Shown in pieces: positions 28,554 to 42,043 of a stretch of 64,000 nt of DNA. The notes under the pieces were generated by a model, which did no database searches, was not told where the DNA came from, and saw nothing but the letters and a program-made list of their open reading frames with translations. The DNA comes from Elusimicrobiota bacterium (lineage in GTDB: Bacteria > Elusimicrobiota > Endomicrobiia > CG1-02-37-114 > JAHJSO01), in assembly GCA_043826435.1 (NCBI GenBank), contig JBDRQF010000010.1, positions 1,818-65,817 of the forward strand, given 5' to 3'. The position numbers were made by a program, and so were the translations under genes. How positions within the stretch are numbered: the first letter of the stretch is position 1; every line of letters begins with the position of its first letter.

Positions 28554-29488
28554 TTTTGACGCGGGATATTGATTTTGCGCGACCCGTCCCGGGCGGTACT
28601 CCGACGCTGTAACCATTCATAGACGAGCGGGCTCGCTACAAACACCGAGGAATATGTCCCGAGCACTATCCCGAACAACAAGGTCAGTGAAAAATCATGG
28701 AGGACGTCTCCCCCGAGAAAGAACATTACGACAAGGACAATCAACGTCGTGGTGCTTGTTATTACCGTTCTGCTGAGTGTCTCATTGATGCTTGTATTCA
28801 TAATCTTTTCCAGCGGCTCTTTTCTAAGTAAAGAAAGGTTTTCTCTTATACGGTCAAAAATGACTATCGTATCGTTTATTGAATAACCGGCGAGCGTCAG
28901 GACGGCCGCTATAACGGTGAGCGTTATTTCCCTGTTTATCAGTGAAAGAAACCCGACCGTAATGAAAACATCATGTACAAGGGCTATAACGCCCGAGACA
29001 CCCCACACCGTTGACTTGAACCTGATAGCTACATATACAATTATCCCGGCGAGCGAAAACAAAAAGGCGTACACCGCCCGGCCGGTGAGATACTTCCCGA
29101 TGGTCGGGCCCACGTATTCAGTCCTCTCAATACTGCATTCCTTCGTCCTTTCGTTTGCAATTAGGATTTCCTGCACCGTGTTCCTGACCGTTTCAAGTTC
29201 CGCCCCCGTCCCCTTTATTTTTATAATAAATGCATTCCTCAGGGGGAAACTCTGCAGCTCAAAGGAGGGCAATCCGCCGCCGGATAACACGCCCCGGAGT
29301 TCTTCAATGCTCATCGGGCGGTCAAACCTGACCTCATTCAGTGAGCCGCCCGTAAAATCAATGCCCAGGTTCAGCCCCCTTTTTGAAACGATTGAAACGA
29401 TGCACACCAGAATCATAACCGCAGAGACGGCAAAAAACAATTTCCTCTTGCCCAGAAAATCAAAGTTTGTTTTTGAGAATAATTTCAC
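28550..29488 (-). CDS. secF: Protein translocase subunit SecF
   Basis: LGIDFTGG, VGPTIG, HDV, GYSINDTIVIFDRIREN, GTYSS; GTG start after GGAGG. Confidence 0.96.
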   Translation of the reverse strand: MKLFSKTNFDFLGKRKLFFAVSAVMILVCIVSIVSKRGLNLGIDFTGGSLNEVRFDRPMSIEELRGVLSGGGLPSFELQSFPLRNAFIIKIKGTGAELETVRNTVQEILIANERTKECSIERTEYVGPTIGKYLTGRAVYAFLFSLAGIIVYVAIRFKSTVWGVSGVIALVHDVFITVGFLSLINREITLTVIAAVLTLAGYSINDTIVIFDRIRENLSLLRKEPLEKIMNTSINETLSRTVITSTTTLIVLVVMFFLGGDVLHDFSLTLLFGIVLGTYSSVFVASPLVYEWLQRRSTARDGSRKINIPRQK

Positions 29489-29564
29489 GCATCCCTCCAT
29501 CAGTCACCAATCTATAAACTGACTGGTAAATCTAATTCAGTTAATAACCGTATCTACCCGTGGT

Positions 29565-29610
29565 TGCAATATTTAAACGCACGGCTATGTCATTATGCCG
29601 GAAAGTTGCA
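29565..29610. repeat. Copy of the 45-46 bp TGCA-bounded element between secD and secF
   Basis: TGCAATATTT...GGCTATG...TGCCGGAAAGTTGCA. Confidence 0.75.
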
Positions 29611-29611
29611 T

Positions 29612-31030
29612 TCATAGCGTTATTTTCTCCATTATTCTTTTGTGAAAAGCATACTCGTATATTACCTTCGTCACAAAGATTGCCGTAAACATGCTCATCA
29701 GTATCCCTAAACTGAGCGTTACTGCAAAACCCTTCACGGGCCCCGTCCCAAACTGAAAAAGAAAAACGGCTGCAATAAGCGTGGTGATATTTGAATCAAT
29801 TATTGCGCTCAATGCCTTCTCGTAACCCAGGTCAACGGCTACCCTGCTTGTCTTGCCTAACCCCAATTCATCCCTTATCCTCTCCAGAATCAGGACGTTC
29901 GCATCAACCGCCATTCCCAGTGAAAGTATTATGCCTGCAATGCCGGGCATCGTAAGGGTTGCGTGAAAAGCGGCAAGCGCAGCCAAAAGCAGGACGAGGT
30001 TCAGGAGAAGGGCTATGTCCGCTATAATTCCTGACAGGCGGTAATAGAAAAACACAAAAAATATAACCAGGACAAACCCTGTAATTGAAGCGATTGTCCC
30101 TGCCTTTATTGAGTCCTCGCCGAGCGCAGGCCCGACCGTCCTTTCTTCAATAATCTTCACTGGCGCAGGCAGGGCGCCGGCCCTGAGGACGGTTGCGTAA
30201 AATTTCGCTTCCTCAATAGAGAAATTCCCTTCTATCACACCCTTGCCGTCGGGGATTCTTGAACGGATTACAGGCGCCGACTGGACGACGCCGTCCAGTA
30301 TAATTGCCAGGTTCCTGTTTATGTTTGACTCAGTTACCTTGGAAAATATCTTCGCTCCTTCCTTGTTAAACTCTATGCCCACCCTTGGAAGCCCGAACTC
30401 GCCGCCTAATTCAACCTTTGCATTTACGAGGTGAGCCCCTGTGATTTGCTGGGACGATTCAATAATAAAAAACGAGTCCTCGCTCCTGCCTCCCATAAGG
30501 ACGTGGCCTGTAGGCACAAGCGCAAGTATTTCCTCGTTTGTCTTTGCCTCGTCAAACCTTATTCCCAGATCACGCATTTTGTCCACAATCCTCGTTATAC
30601 GCTCGGAATCATCCACCAGACGGAATTCCAGCAGGGCCGTTTTACCTATTATCGCCTTTGCCCTATCAGGGTCCTTTATGCCCGGCAGTTGCACGACAAT
30701 CCACCTGTCTCCCTGACGGACTATAAACGGCTCTGCAACCCCGAACTGGTCAACGCGGTTCCTGATAATTTCAATCGCCATTTCAACTGCATCCTGGACG
30801 TCCGTGTCCTTTCCAAGTTTGGTATCGTCTAATTCAAGTACGAGGTGAGACCCGCCTCGGAGGTCAAGCCCCAGGTTCAGTATCTTCCCAAGAATTTTAT
30901 CCCTTGACGTCTCTAATTTTTCGTGCTCTGCAGCGTCCATGGCGTACCACCTGACGGTGGGCAACAGAAGATATACCGAAGCCACCAGCACTGCAATAAC
31001 AATCCATAATTTAATCTGTAGTTTTGTCAT
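29612..31030 (-). CDS. secD: Protein translocase subunit SecD
   Basis: LGLDLRGG, RVDQFGVAEP, LRAGALP, GPALG, GMAVDANV, GPVKGFA. Confidence 0.97.
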   Translation of the reverse strand: MTKLQIKLWIVIAVLVASVYLLLPTVRWYAMDAAEHEKLETSRDKILGKILNLGLDLRGGSHLVLELDDTKLGKDTDVQDAVEMAIEIIRNRVDQFGVAEPFIVRQGDRWIVVQLPGIKDPDRAKAIIGKTALLEFRLVDDSERITRIVDKMRDLGIRFDEAKTNEEILALVPTGHVLMGGRSEDSFFIIESSQQITGAHLVNAKVELGGEFGLPRVGIEFNKEGAKIFSKVTESNINRNLAIILDGVVQSAPVIRSRIPDGKGVIEGNFSIEEAKFYATVLRAGALPAPVKIIEERTVGPALGEDSIKAGTIASITGFVLVIFFVFFYYRLSGIIADIALLLNLVLLLAALAAFHATLTMPGIAGIILSLGMAVDANVLILERIRDELGLGKTSRVAVDLGYEKALSAIIDSNITTLIAAVFLFQFGTGPVKGFAVTLSLGILMSMFTAIFVTKVIYEYAFHKRIMEKITL

Positions 31031-31090
31031 TGAACGCTCCCGTCCCGGGCGATCACCGACCCGCGCTCGTTATTCCTCGCGGGACGACCC

Positions 31091-31753
31091 TCACAGTAGT
31101 TTTTTCTCGTTTATCAGGAGTTCAAAATTACATCCCAGGAATTTCGCCGCCCTGCGGCAGATTATCATCCTTGACATAAATATCTCAAAATACTCCATCA
31201 CCTGGGAAATTTTGCTGTCAATCGTCAATTCAAGTGTAATCGTCTTTTTGGCCGGGTCAACCCTGAGAAAGCTCCTCTCAACCGCATAGTTAACCCTGTC
31301 GTGTATGTCAAAACATATCATCTGCGGGTTGCGTACCCTCGTCTTGTGCACGTCGGATTTGTCGGCAAGAATCAGCGCGGCAGCAACCGGGTTCACCGGG
31401 TCGCCCGTTTCCTCCTCGTGGTTGCCGATGGCGGAAACAACCATGGCAATTTCATTCACCGGCATGTTTAACTCCTCAAGGATGTATATTGATATCATCG
31501 CGCTTGACTGTCCATGGTCATGCCTGTTAACCACATTGCCTATGTCGTGCAGGTAAGCAGCGATACTGGCGAGTTCAGGCATGGGCTCCTCGTAGTTGAG
31601 GTAGCGCAAAACGTTGTGAGCGATGTTTGCCACTAAACTGACGTGGCGGAAACCGTGTTCCGTAAAGCCGAGCGCTCCCAGGTAACTGTTCGCCGCTTCA
31701 ATAAACTCCTTGACAAGCGGATGGTTTTTTACCGTTTCAAGTGATACAGTCAT
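31091..31753 (-). CDS. HD-domain phosphohydrolase, paralog 1
   Basis: TEHGFRH, YLHDIGN, NHEE, ADKSDVH, DIHDRVNYAV. Confidence 0.9.
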   Translation of the reverse strand: MTVSLETVKNHPLVKEFIEAANSYLGALGFTEHGFRHVSLVANIAHNVLRYLNYEEPMPELASIAAYLHDIGNVVNRHDHGQSSAMISIYILEELNMPVNEIAMVVSAIGNHEEETGDPVNPVAAALILADKSDVHKTRVRNPQMICFDIHDRVNYAVERSFLRVDPAKKTITLELTIDSKISQVMEYFEIFMSRMIICRRAAKFLGCNFELLINEKKLL

Positions 31754-31758
31754 TTTAT

Positions 31759-32051
31759 TTAAGCCCCTAATTTTTCCGGTTTAACGACCGTGGTAATGGC
31801 ATTTTTTGCAAGCTGAACTTTCGTATTATCGTCAATCCTCAACTCAACCGAATCAGCCCTGACGTTCACGACCGTCCCGTAAATGCCTCCCGACGTTATA
31901 ACCTGGTCATCCTTTTTAACGCCCGCTATCATCTTCTGCCTTTCCTTCTCCTTCTTCTGCTGGGGCCTTATCAGCAGGAAATAAAAAATAAAGAAGATAA
32001 CCAGAAAAGGGAACATTGAAGAAAGTGGGTTAACTTGTTTTTCCATGTCAT

Positions 32052-32055
<4 letters not shown>
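31759..32055 (-). CDS. yajC: Preprotein translocase subunit YajC
   Basis: FYFLLIRPQQK, VITSGGIYGTV. Confidence 0.96.
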
Positions 32056-34914
<2,859 letters not shown>

Positions 34915-34927
34915 TTTGGTTTCCCCT

Positions 34928-35995
34928 TCACAAAATCAGCATTGCGTCCCCGTACGAATAAAACCTGTATTTATTCTTTATCGCTTCCCTGTATGAATGG
35001 AAGATAATTTCAGCGCCTGCGAAAGCGCTTACGAGCGCAAGCGGGGTGGTCATCGGCAAATGAAAGTTAGTAATAAGCGCATCTATTGTTTTAAACCTGT
35101 ATCCGGGATAAATAAAAAGATCCGTCTCGCCTGAAAACGCCCTGACGCACCCGTCCTCATCCGAGGACGCCTCAAGTGACCGGACAACGCTTGTGCCGAC
35201 TCCAAACACCCTCCCGCCTTTTCTCCTGCAAAGGTTTACTCTTTCTGCCGCCCCTTCGCTGACTTCAAAATATTCAGGGAGCATCTTGTGCTCATGGACG
35301 TTTTCCGTCCTTATGGGCCTGAACGTCCCCCATCCGATATGGAGTAAAATCCGGACAACCTCAACGCCTTTTTTTTCCAGTTGTCCGAGCAGGTCATGCG
35401 TAAAATGGAGGCCTGCAGTGGGGCACGCAACCGAACCGGTAACGTCAGCATAGACCGTCTGGTATCTCTCAAAATCTGTCCCGTGTACTTCATCGCGCAC
35501 ACCGGCGTTCCCGGATTGCTCCCCGGAGCCATCTCTGTGGATATAGGGAGGCAGGGGCATAATGCCGTATTTTTCAAGGAGCGCAAAAACGTCAACCCCG
35601 TCCCGGAACTCAATAATGTATTCCCCGTTACCAGTCCTGCCGACACACTTCGCCCCCGTAGTGTCGGGGAAAACGACTGACCTGCCCAGGAGGTCCCTGC
35701 GTGAGAGCACCGTCCACCTGTTGTTCAAACCGCTTTTCAGAAAAAGCAATTCAACCCTGCCGCCCGTATCCTTGTTGCAGAATATCTTTGCAGGGAAAAC
35801 CTTCGTATTGTTTATAACGATACAGTCGCCGGGCCGGACATAGTTTAATATGTCGGAAAATCTTTTGTGTTCAATCATCGGTTCCCCGCCGCCATTCCGG
35901 CTTAAAACAAGCAACCTGCTGTTTTCCCGTTCCTGAGACGGCGACTGCGCAATTAACTCCTCCGGGAGTGAATAATCTAATTTTATTCTTCCCAT
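34928..35995 (-). CDS. queA: S-adenosylmethionine:tRNA ribosyltransferase-isomerase
   Basis: LPEELIAQ, PLPPYI, YQTVYA, PTAGLHF, TNFHLP, YRFYSYGDAM. Confidence 0.97.
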   Translation of the reverse strand: MGRIKLDYSLPEELIAQSPSQERENSRLLVLSRNGGGEPMIEHKRFSDILNYVRPGDCIVINNTKVFPAKIFCNKDTGGRVELLFLKSGLNNRWTVLSRRDLLGRSVVFPDTTGAKCVGRTGNGEYIIEFRDGVDVFALLEKYGIMPLPPYIHRDGSGEQSGNAGVRDEVHGTDFERYQTVYADVTGSVACPTAGLHFTHDLLGQLEKKGVEVVRILLHIGWGTFRPIRTENVHEHKMLPEYFEVSEGAAERVNLCRRKGGRVFGVGTSVVRSLEASSDEDGCVRAFSGETDLFIYPGYRFKTIDALITNFHLPMTTPLALVSAFAGAEIIFHSYREAIKNKYRFYSYGDAMLIL

Positions 35996-37167
35996 GTATC
36001 AACCTTTGTTCCATGATAGTAGAAATGAATAATCTTTTTATAATTCCATCCCTTTTCAGAAAGATGCTTCGCTCCCCACTGGCACATGCCCACCCCGTGT
36101 CCCCAGCCGTAGCCGCTGAACCTGAAAGTATTTTTGTCTATTTTTTTTATAAAATCAAGTTTGGTGCTCTTGATAAGCCACGGGTCAACAATCAAACGGA
36201 ATCTCGCCGCCCTGACATTGAGCGTTGCCGTCCCTCCTGTTTTTTTTATATACTTAATAAAAAGTGTAGCGTTCCTGCCTGAATTATTTTTTTTACCGGG
36301 GATGATGGAAACAATACCTCTTATGTCCTTGTAATCCGCTGTTTCCATTTTCTTTATTATAAAATCTTCCTTTACGTCTTTTGTCCATCTGAAATGAGGG
36401 CTTGCTACGCAGTACCTGTCCCGGACTCCGTACAGGTATTCGGGGACGTTCCCGCCCCACGACCACACGTATTTGGGGTTTTCCGTGTGTCCGCCGCAAG
36501 AAGCGTGGTAAACAGCCGAAATCAGGTTTCCCTTGTACGTAACCACCTCGCCCCTGGTCAGCTCAACCGCCCTATTCGTCCTGCTGTTCTCTCCCTCTGC
36601 CCCGGCATAAACCTGGCAGTGGACTTTGTTGCACAAATCATGGCCGTCATCTTTGTGCTTGCCTAAATTTGACATTGCATACGTGCGTGAAACGACCGCC
36701 TGCGCCTTTAATGCCTCCATATCCCATGCAGGGTTGACCTCATGTGGCAGCACACCCGCCAGATAACTTTCAATCCCCAATTCGTTTATTACGTTAAGTT
36801 TGCCTTTTCTGTTTTTCTTAATCAATACGCTGTCCCTGTATCGCCTGCCGTTAATTCTGATTGACCCTGCCCCGTCACCCGGGACAATCCTTACCCCGCC
36901 TGATAATACCTTCATATCGTCAAAAAGGATGCCCCCGCTGAACGGCTGCACAAGGCATATATTCTCTCCTGTGAATTGCTTTTTTTCGCCGTCGTTAAGG
37001 GCATAGACGGCATAGTCGCCCTCGCATCCGAGATTTATTTTGTCCGCGTCGGTAATAATTGAAACCCGTATAATGGTTTCAGGTAAACGCCTGCAGTCCG
37101 CCGGGATACACAGGGCGATAAATCCTGCCAGGACGCCGCCCGTCCATAATAATCCTTTAATTTTCAC
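35983..37167 (-). CDS. SpoIID/LytB domain peptidoglycan lytic enzyme
   Basis: INELGIESYLAGV, EALKAQAVVSRTY, CQVY, GWGHGVGMCQWGA. Confidence 0.93.
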   Translation of the reverse strand: MKIKGLLWTGGVLAGFIALCIPADCRRLPETIIRVSIITDADKINLGCEGDYAVYALNDGEKKQFTGENICLVQPFSGGILFDDMKVLSGGVRIVPGDGAGSIRINGRRYRDSVLIKKNRKGKLNVINELGIESYLAGVLPHEVNPAWDMEALKAQAVVSRTYAMSNLGKHKDDGHDLCNKVHCQVYAGAEGENSRTNRAVELTRGEVVTYKGNLISAVYHASCGGHTENPKYVWSWGGNVPEYLYGVRDRYCVASPHFRWTKDVKEDFIIKKMETADYKDIRGIVSIIPGKKNNSGRNATLFIKYIKKTGGTATLNVRAARFRLIVDPWLIKSTKLDFIKKIDKNTFRFSGYGWGHGVGMCQWGAKHLSEKGWNYKKIIHFYYHGTKVDTWEE

Positions 37168-37805
37168 AATGCCTGCCCTCCGGCAACAACCTCCCGTTTA
37201 TTCCGCACAGCGACCCTTTGTTCAAACTCCCTGTATGAGAAAACACAACCACAGTACTTCTGCATGTAGAGCCCTTTCTGCCGGACAACGTCTCTGCCTC
37301 TATAAAATTCCTGCCTGAAATCCCTGTCTATGAACTCTACGCCTGAAACACCCGATGCCTCTTCGCCTGCCTGTCTGACGAGGTCGTGTTTCTGGTACGG
37401 GCTTGAAAGCAGGGTTGTTGAAAAATGCCCGAACCCGCCGTCCTTTGCTGCGAGAGCGGTTTCACGCAACCTCATCGCGTAACATTTCCCGCACCTTTCC
37501 GGCTCCCGGACAGAACCGCCTATTTCAGAAAGCCACGCGTCGTTTAATTCCTGTCCCTGGCTGCCGTCCGGTGAATAAGCCTCTTTGCGTCCCGAAGTTC
37601 TGGCGGCATACCCGTCCTTAACCAATATGGCGTATCCCTTATCAAACTCCCTGAGAGAGGAAAGCCGCCTTGTGTTTTCTTCCGCAGGGTAAATATTCGG
37701 GTTAAACCAGAAACCGGCTACCTCACTGAAGTTTTTCCTGAAAAATTCCAGCACGGCGGGAGTACAAACGGCGCAACAGTGATGCAGTAAAATTCTATTT
37801 CTCAT
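37164..37805 (-). CDS. queH: Epoxyqueuosine reductase QueH (DUF208)
   Basis: LLHHCCAVC, NPNIYP, RCGKCYAMRL, FSTTLLSSPYQ, YMQKYCGCVFS. Confidence 0.93.
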   Translation of the reverse strand: MRNRILLHHCCAVCTPAVLEFFRKNFSEVAGFWFNPNIYPAEENTRRLSSLREFDKGYAILVKDGYAARTSGRKEAYSPDGSQGQELNDAWLSEIGGSVREPERCGKCYAMRLRETALAAKDGGFGHFSTTLLSSPYQKHDLVRQAGEEASGVSGVEFIDRDFRQEFYRGRDVVRQKGLYMQKYCGCVFSYREFEQRVAVRNKREVVAGGQAL

Positions 37806-37889
37806 AAGTGTCAATTTGATTTTTTCCGTGAAACATTATTATACATAATTTATTAAAAATTGTCAAAAATGTGAGGGGTGGAAATGCAG

Positions 37890-38741
37890 TTAACCGCCAA
37901 AACCGACAAGAAAATTGTATATACATTCAGGCAGGTCGGGGCTGTAACCACCCTCAAGAACTGCATATCTCGGAAGGTTGAGTTCTGATATGTGTTCCCC
38001 TATTTTTCTATAAGTCGTTTTCTCTAAATTCATCTGCGTTAGCGGGTCGCCGCGGTACGTATCAAACCCGGCGGAAACAGCCAGGACCTCCGGCCCGAAC
38101 TCCCTGATTTTCCCGATCGCCGTATCCAGGACAGACATGTACATTTTTTCGTCTGTCCCGGGGGAAAGGGGGAAATTCAGGCAATTGTCCTGCGAGCGGT
38201 GTCCCGTGCCGGGATACAGCGGCACCTGGTGGAGTGAAACAAACAGCGCCCTTTTGTCTCCCAGAAAAATATCCTGCGTCCCGTTCCCGTGGTGACAGTC
38301 AATATCCAGAATCGCCGCCCTGCCGATATCCTTTTCAGACAGCAGTTTCAGCACGGATATAGCGATGTTGTTAAAATAGCAAAAACCCCCTAACCTACTC
38401 CTTGTGGCATGATGTCCCGGCGGTCTCATAAGGGAGAAGTGCGGCTCATTAAAACACCCGTCCCCCGCCATACAGGCAGCGCCTGCCGAAAGGACAGCAT
38501 ACTCATATATACCGTTATAGTCGGGGGTGTCCGGGTCATTGAAGCCCCCCGATTTAACCTCGTCAAGCAGGGACCGTGTGTGCGCGCGGAGAATGTCCTG
38601 CGTCCGACACCCTGCCGGGTTAACGAATTCCCAGTTCTTTTTCAGCAGGTAATCATATGTTCCCGTAACCCTCACAGGTGACTCCGGGTGCCCCATCTGC
38701 CCGTATTCACTACACTTTTTGGAATATATAATTTTTATCAT
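37890..38741 (-). CDS. Histone deacetylase family protein (AcuC/AphA-like)
   Basis: HPESP, RPPGHHA, GFCYFNN, DIDCHHGNGTQ, SAGFD, VLEGGY; the ORF-track N-extension is only translated repeat sequence. Confidence 0.93.
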   Translation of the reverse strand: MIKIIYSKKCSEYGQMGHPESPVRVTGTYDYLLKKNWEFVNPAGCRTQDILRAHTRSLLDEVKSGGFNDPDTPDYNGIYEYAVLSAGAACMAGDGCFNEPHFSLMRPPGHHATRSRLGGFCYFNNIAISVLKLLSEKDIGRAAILDIDCHHGNGTQDIFLGDKRALFVSLHQVPLYPGTGHRSQDNCLNFPLSPGTDEKMYMSVLDTAIGKIREFGPEVLAVSAGFDTYRGDPLTQMNLEKTTYRKIGEHISELNLPRYAVLEGGYSPDLPECIYNFLVGFGG

Positions 38742-38764
38742 ACTCGGATTAACCCCCTGCAATG

Positions 38765-38933
38765 TGTCATTGCGAGCGACCAAAGGGAGCGTGGCAATCA
38801 AAATGTCATTGCGAGCCCGAAGGGCGTGGCAATCTGTGTTCAAAGTTGAGATTGCTTCCCACCACGCTTCGCTCGTGGTCGCAATGACAGACATATCGAG
38901 ATTGCTTCGTCGCTAACGCTCCTCGCAATGACA
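38765..38933. repeat. Nested REP-doublet elements (subfamily B inside subfamily A)
   Basis: Four GTCATTGCG / CGCAATGAC arms arranged A-left, B-left, B-right, A-right. Confidence 0.88.
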
Positions 38934-38960
38934 AATATCAAGATACTTAATACGTTTGCA

Positions 38961-39887
38961 TTATATTATCGGCTCAACCCTTATATCAACGCCCGGCATC
39001 GGTTTAAATTCGGGCACAGGCACGCCTACCGGCAGGTTAAACTTGCCTGCGATTTCGGCAATCTCACCGTTGACCCTCTGGGCGTAATTGTCTGCCGGCA
39101 AACTTTCCGTCCTGTATAACTCTTCATACCTGTGGACAAGGTTGTTAAAGTGTTTTTCAAGTATTGCAAAAAACCTGCGGCGCACGGCGTCGGTGCAAAA
39201 ACACATTGCCATCGGTACTACGTATTCCGCCCCGAACCTTTTTATTGCCCTGAAGAATTCCTCAATCGTCGTCCTGTCGTCGTTAATGTACGGCATAACC
39301 GGGATGAAAGCGACCCCGCACAGCACGTCCCTTTTCCTGAGAGCGGAAATGAGTTTCATCCTGACCTCTATGCCGGGCGCTCGCGGCTCAAAAATATTTT
39401 TCAGGTGCTCGTCCATCGTAAAAACCGTTATATTGACCGCGCAGAACCCCTGTTTTGAGTAGTCGCTCAATAAATCAATGTCCCTCAGAATAAGATTTGA
39501 TTTTGTAAATATCTGGACCGGTATTTTTCTTTCCATGATCAACTGTATGCACTGCCGGGTCAGGTTAAACTCTCTTTCCGCCTGCTGGTACGGCTCTGTT
39601 TCATTCCCGAGCATTACTGAAAATTTCTCAGCGCCGGGGTTTCTCGTAATGGCATCCAGTTTCTTTTTAAGATGGTTTAAAACATTTGTTTTTATGCCGA
39701 TTCTTGAACACGGTATTTCGTTGTCGTTGACATCAGGAACGCCATGACAATACGGGCAGCAGTACTCACAACCGACGTAGGGGTTTACCGTCAGGTTGCT
39801 AAGAAAAACAGGGTGAGGCGTTTTCAGCTGCCTGACGGCAGTTTCCGGCTGGAAAAAATTGTATTTCAGTAATGAATGGTCACCCAT
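38961..39887 (-). CDS. Radical SAM protein, SplB-like/Rv2578c family
   Basis: [13 protein letters not shown] (CX3CX2C), [25 protein letters not shown]. Confidence 0.88.
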   Translation of the reverse strand: MGDHSLLKYNFFQPETAVRQLKTPHPVFLSNLTVNPYVGCEYCCPYCHGVPDVNDNEIPCSRIGIKTNVLNHLKKKLDAITRNPGAEKFSVMLGNETEPYQQAEREFNLTRQCIQLIMERKIPVQIFTKSNLILRDIDLLSDYSKQGFCAVNITVFTMDEHLKNIFEPRAPGIEVRMKLISALRKRDVLCGVAFIPVMPYINDDRTTIEEFFRAIKRFGAEYVVPMAMCFCTDAVRRRFFAILEKHFNNLVHRYEELYRTESLPADNYAQRVNGEIAEIAGKFNLPVGVPVPEFKPMPGVDIRVEPII

Positions 39888-40935
39888 TGAAAAGTTCTTC
39901 CTGGTTTGGCTGCGGGTTTGAAGGTAATTGTTTATTCAGGTGTTTGTAGGCGTGCGGAGTCGTAACTCTCCCCCGCGGTGTCCTGGCGAGGAAACCCGCC
40001 TGTATCAGATACGGCTCATATACGTCGGAAAGCGTCTCTATCTCTTCGGAAACGGCGACCGAAAGGGTATCAAGCCCCACGGGCCCGCCGGAAAACTTGT
40101 CTATTATCGCCAGAAGAACCTTCCTGTCCATCTCGTCAAGGCCCTTGTCGTCTATACCCAACGCCGACATCCCGCTTTCAACGACATCGTGAGTCACCTT
40201 CCTGCCGGGGGTTATCTCAGCGAAATCCCTGAGCCGCCTCAAAAGACGGTTGGCTATCCTCGGCGTGCCCCTTGAACGGGCGGCCACGTCCAGCGCCGCG
40301 TCGTCCGTAATTTCAACCTTAAGTATCCTGCTTGAACGCAGGACAATGATCCTGAGTTCCTCCGTAGAGTAGTAGTTCAGGTGCTCTACAATACCAAACC
40401 TGTCCCTCATCGGGGATGTCAGGAGACCCGCTCGGGTCGTAGCGCCAATCAGCGTAAATTTGGGAATATTCAGTTTTATCGTTTTTGCCGACGGCCCCTG
40501 TCCGATTATTATGTCAAGCGCAAACTCCTCCATAACGGGATAGAGCGCCTCTTCAATAACGTGGCTGAGACGGTGGATTTCATCAATAAAGAACACATCG
40601 CCTTCGGAAAGCCCTGAAAGTATGGCTGCCAGATCACCGACCCGCTCAAGCACCGGGCCTGTCGTGGAACGCAGGTTAACGCCCATTTCTCTCGCGATTA
40701 TGTGCGCAAGCGTGGTCTTGCCAAGCCCCGGCGGGGAATTAAAAAGACAGTGGTCAAGCGGCTCCTTCCTCCTCCTTGCCGCCTCAACAAAAACCTTCAG
40801 GTTGCTTTTTAATTTCTCCTGGCCGACAAATTCCGTAAGCATCCTGGGACGCAGACTGGTTTCTAATTTTGTTTCATCATCAGAGACCGCCTCCGTAATT
40901 ATCCTTTTTTCTATCGGCTCTTTTGAAGAATTCAT
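39880..40935 (-). CDS. ruvB: Holliday junction helicase RuvB
   Basis: [42 protein letters not shown]. Confidence 0.98.
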   Translation of the reverse strand: MNSSKEPIEKRIITEAVSDDETKLETSLRPRMLTEFVGQEKLKSNLKVFVEAARRRKEPLDHCLFNSPPGLGKTTLAHIIAREMGVNLRSTTGPVLERVGDLAAILSGLSEGDVFFIDEIHRLSHVIEEALYPVMEEFALDIIIGQGPSAKTIKLNIPKFTLIGATTRAGLLTSPMRDRFGIVEHLNYYSTEELRIIVLRSSRILKVEITDDAALDVAARSRGTPRIANRLLRRLRDFAEITPGRKVTHDVVESGMSALGIDDKGLDEMDRKVLLAIIDKFSGGPVGLDTLSVAVSEEIETLSDVYEPYLIQAGFLARTPRGRVTTPHAYKHLNKQLPSNPQPNQEELFNG

Positions 40936-41552
40936 TTTATTTGTTTCAATGCCAGTTTTACCAGTTCGCTTGTTCCCGCAATTGCCCCGTCGCCCCTGAG
41001 TAAAACCGCCTGTTCAACCGCCGCCCTCGCCTGTGATTCCCTGTAACCCAATGCAACCAGCGCTTCCAATGCCTCGCTCGTGGCATTGTTTTCACTGTGG
41101 GCTGCCTGCCACTTTTGCGCACTTGAAACCTTTATATTAGAGAGTTTATCGTACAGCATCGCAATAATCTTCTCGGCAGTAGGTTTCTTGAAACCGAAAA
41201 TGGACGTAAGGATTTTCGTATTCCTTTCCTGAACCGCCCGCTGGAAGTCGGCTAATGATTTCATCGCCCTGTCAAGATACTCAAGGGACTTCTTCGCCCC
41301 CGTGTTCTTGAGCCCGTCTTTGAAAGTTAAAAATATATTTTTCTCTTCGGCGTTCAGAAAACCGTAAAGCGTGGTGCCGCCCCCGTACATCCCCACTACC
41401 TCAACGATATGCAGTTTTACGGATTTGCCCTCAGCGGGAACACGGTTATAGGTTGAGACGGAAACATTCACCTCATAACCAATGCCGTTGATGTTCAGCA
41501 CAACCGCCGCAGGCGTCCTGACTTCAATAATACCTTCTAACGTAGCGTACAT
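40932..41552 (-). CDS. ruvA: Holliday junction DNA-binding protein RuvA
   Basis: [21 protein letters not shown]; between ruvC and ruvB. Confidence 0.93.
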   Translation of the reverse strand: MYATLEGIIEVRTPAAVVLNINGIGYEVNVSVSTYNRVPAEGKSVKLHIVEVVGMYGGGTTLYGFLNAEEKNIFLTFKDGLKNTGAKKSLEYLDRAMKSLADFQRAVQERNTKILTSIFGFKKPTAEKIIAMLYDKLSNIKVSSAQKWQAAHSENNATSEALEALVALGYRESQARAAVEQAVLLRGDGAIAGTSELVKLALKQIK

Positions 41553-41554
41553 TT

Positions 41555-42043
41555 CTATAACCTTATTGAGTTCAAGTGGCACAGCCCGACCGCTATGGCA
41601 TCGCTCACATCTTTAAGCGGGGGGAGTGTTTTGATGTTCAACAACCTCTTCACCATCTCGCGGACCTGGTTTTTGTCGGCGCCACCGTAGCCGGTAATTG
41701 CAAGTTTTATTGACTTCGGGTTGTATTCCTGCACGCCAACCCCCTTTTTTGCCGCAAGTAAAATTATTACGCCGCGCGCCTCGCTCGTTGACAGCACCGA
41801 TTGCGCTCTCTGGTAGAGATACTGTTTTTCAAGACACACGGTGTCCGGCATGTCCTTGTTTATTATACTTTCAAGGGAAGAGTACAAAACGAGTAATCTT
41901 TCCTGCAGGGGCATTGACGGTTTCGTTATTATACATCCGCAGTCCTTCATTGAAATATCCCCTGTCCCCGCGCCGTCTCCGCCCTTTTCAAGGACAGCCC
42001 ATCCGGTCCTGGCAAGCCCCGGGTCTATCGCAAGAATCTTCAT
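41555..42043 (-). CDS. ruvC: Holliday junction resolvase RuvC
   Basis: ILAIDPG, EARGV, ITGYGGADK, DVSDAIAVGLCH. Confidence 0.96.
   Translation of the reverse strand: MKILAIDPGLARTGWAVLEKGGDGAGTGDISMKDCGCIITKPSMPLQERLLVLYSSLESIINKDMPDTVCLEKQYLYQRAQSVLSTSEARGVIILLAAKKGVGVQEYNPKSIKLAITGYGGADKNQVREMVKRLLNIKTLPPLKDVSDAIAVGLCHLNSIRL

Noticed and set aside
35480-35535. In-frame insertion in QueA as a degenerate TGCA element copy
   Set aside because: Shorter than the family and the end similarity is too weak.
38742-38894. 51-aa N-terminal extension of the HDAC ORF, and small ORFs at 47106-47351
   Set aside because: They are translations of the palindromic repeat elements; HDAC homology starts at ATG 38741.
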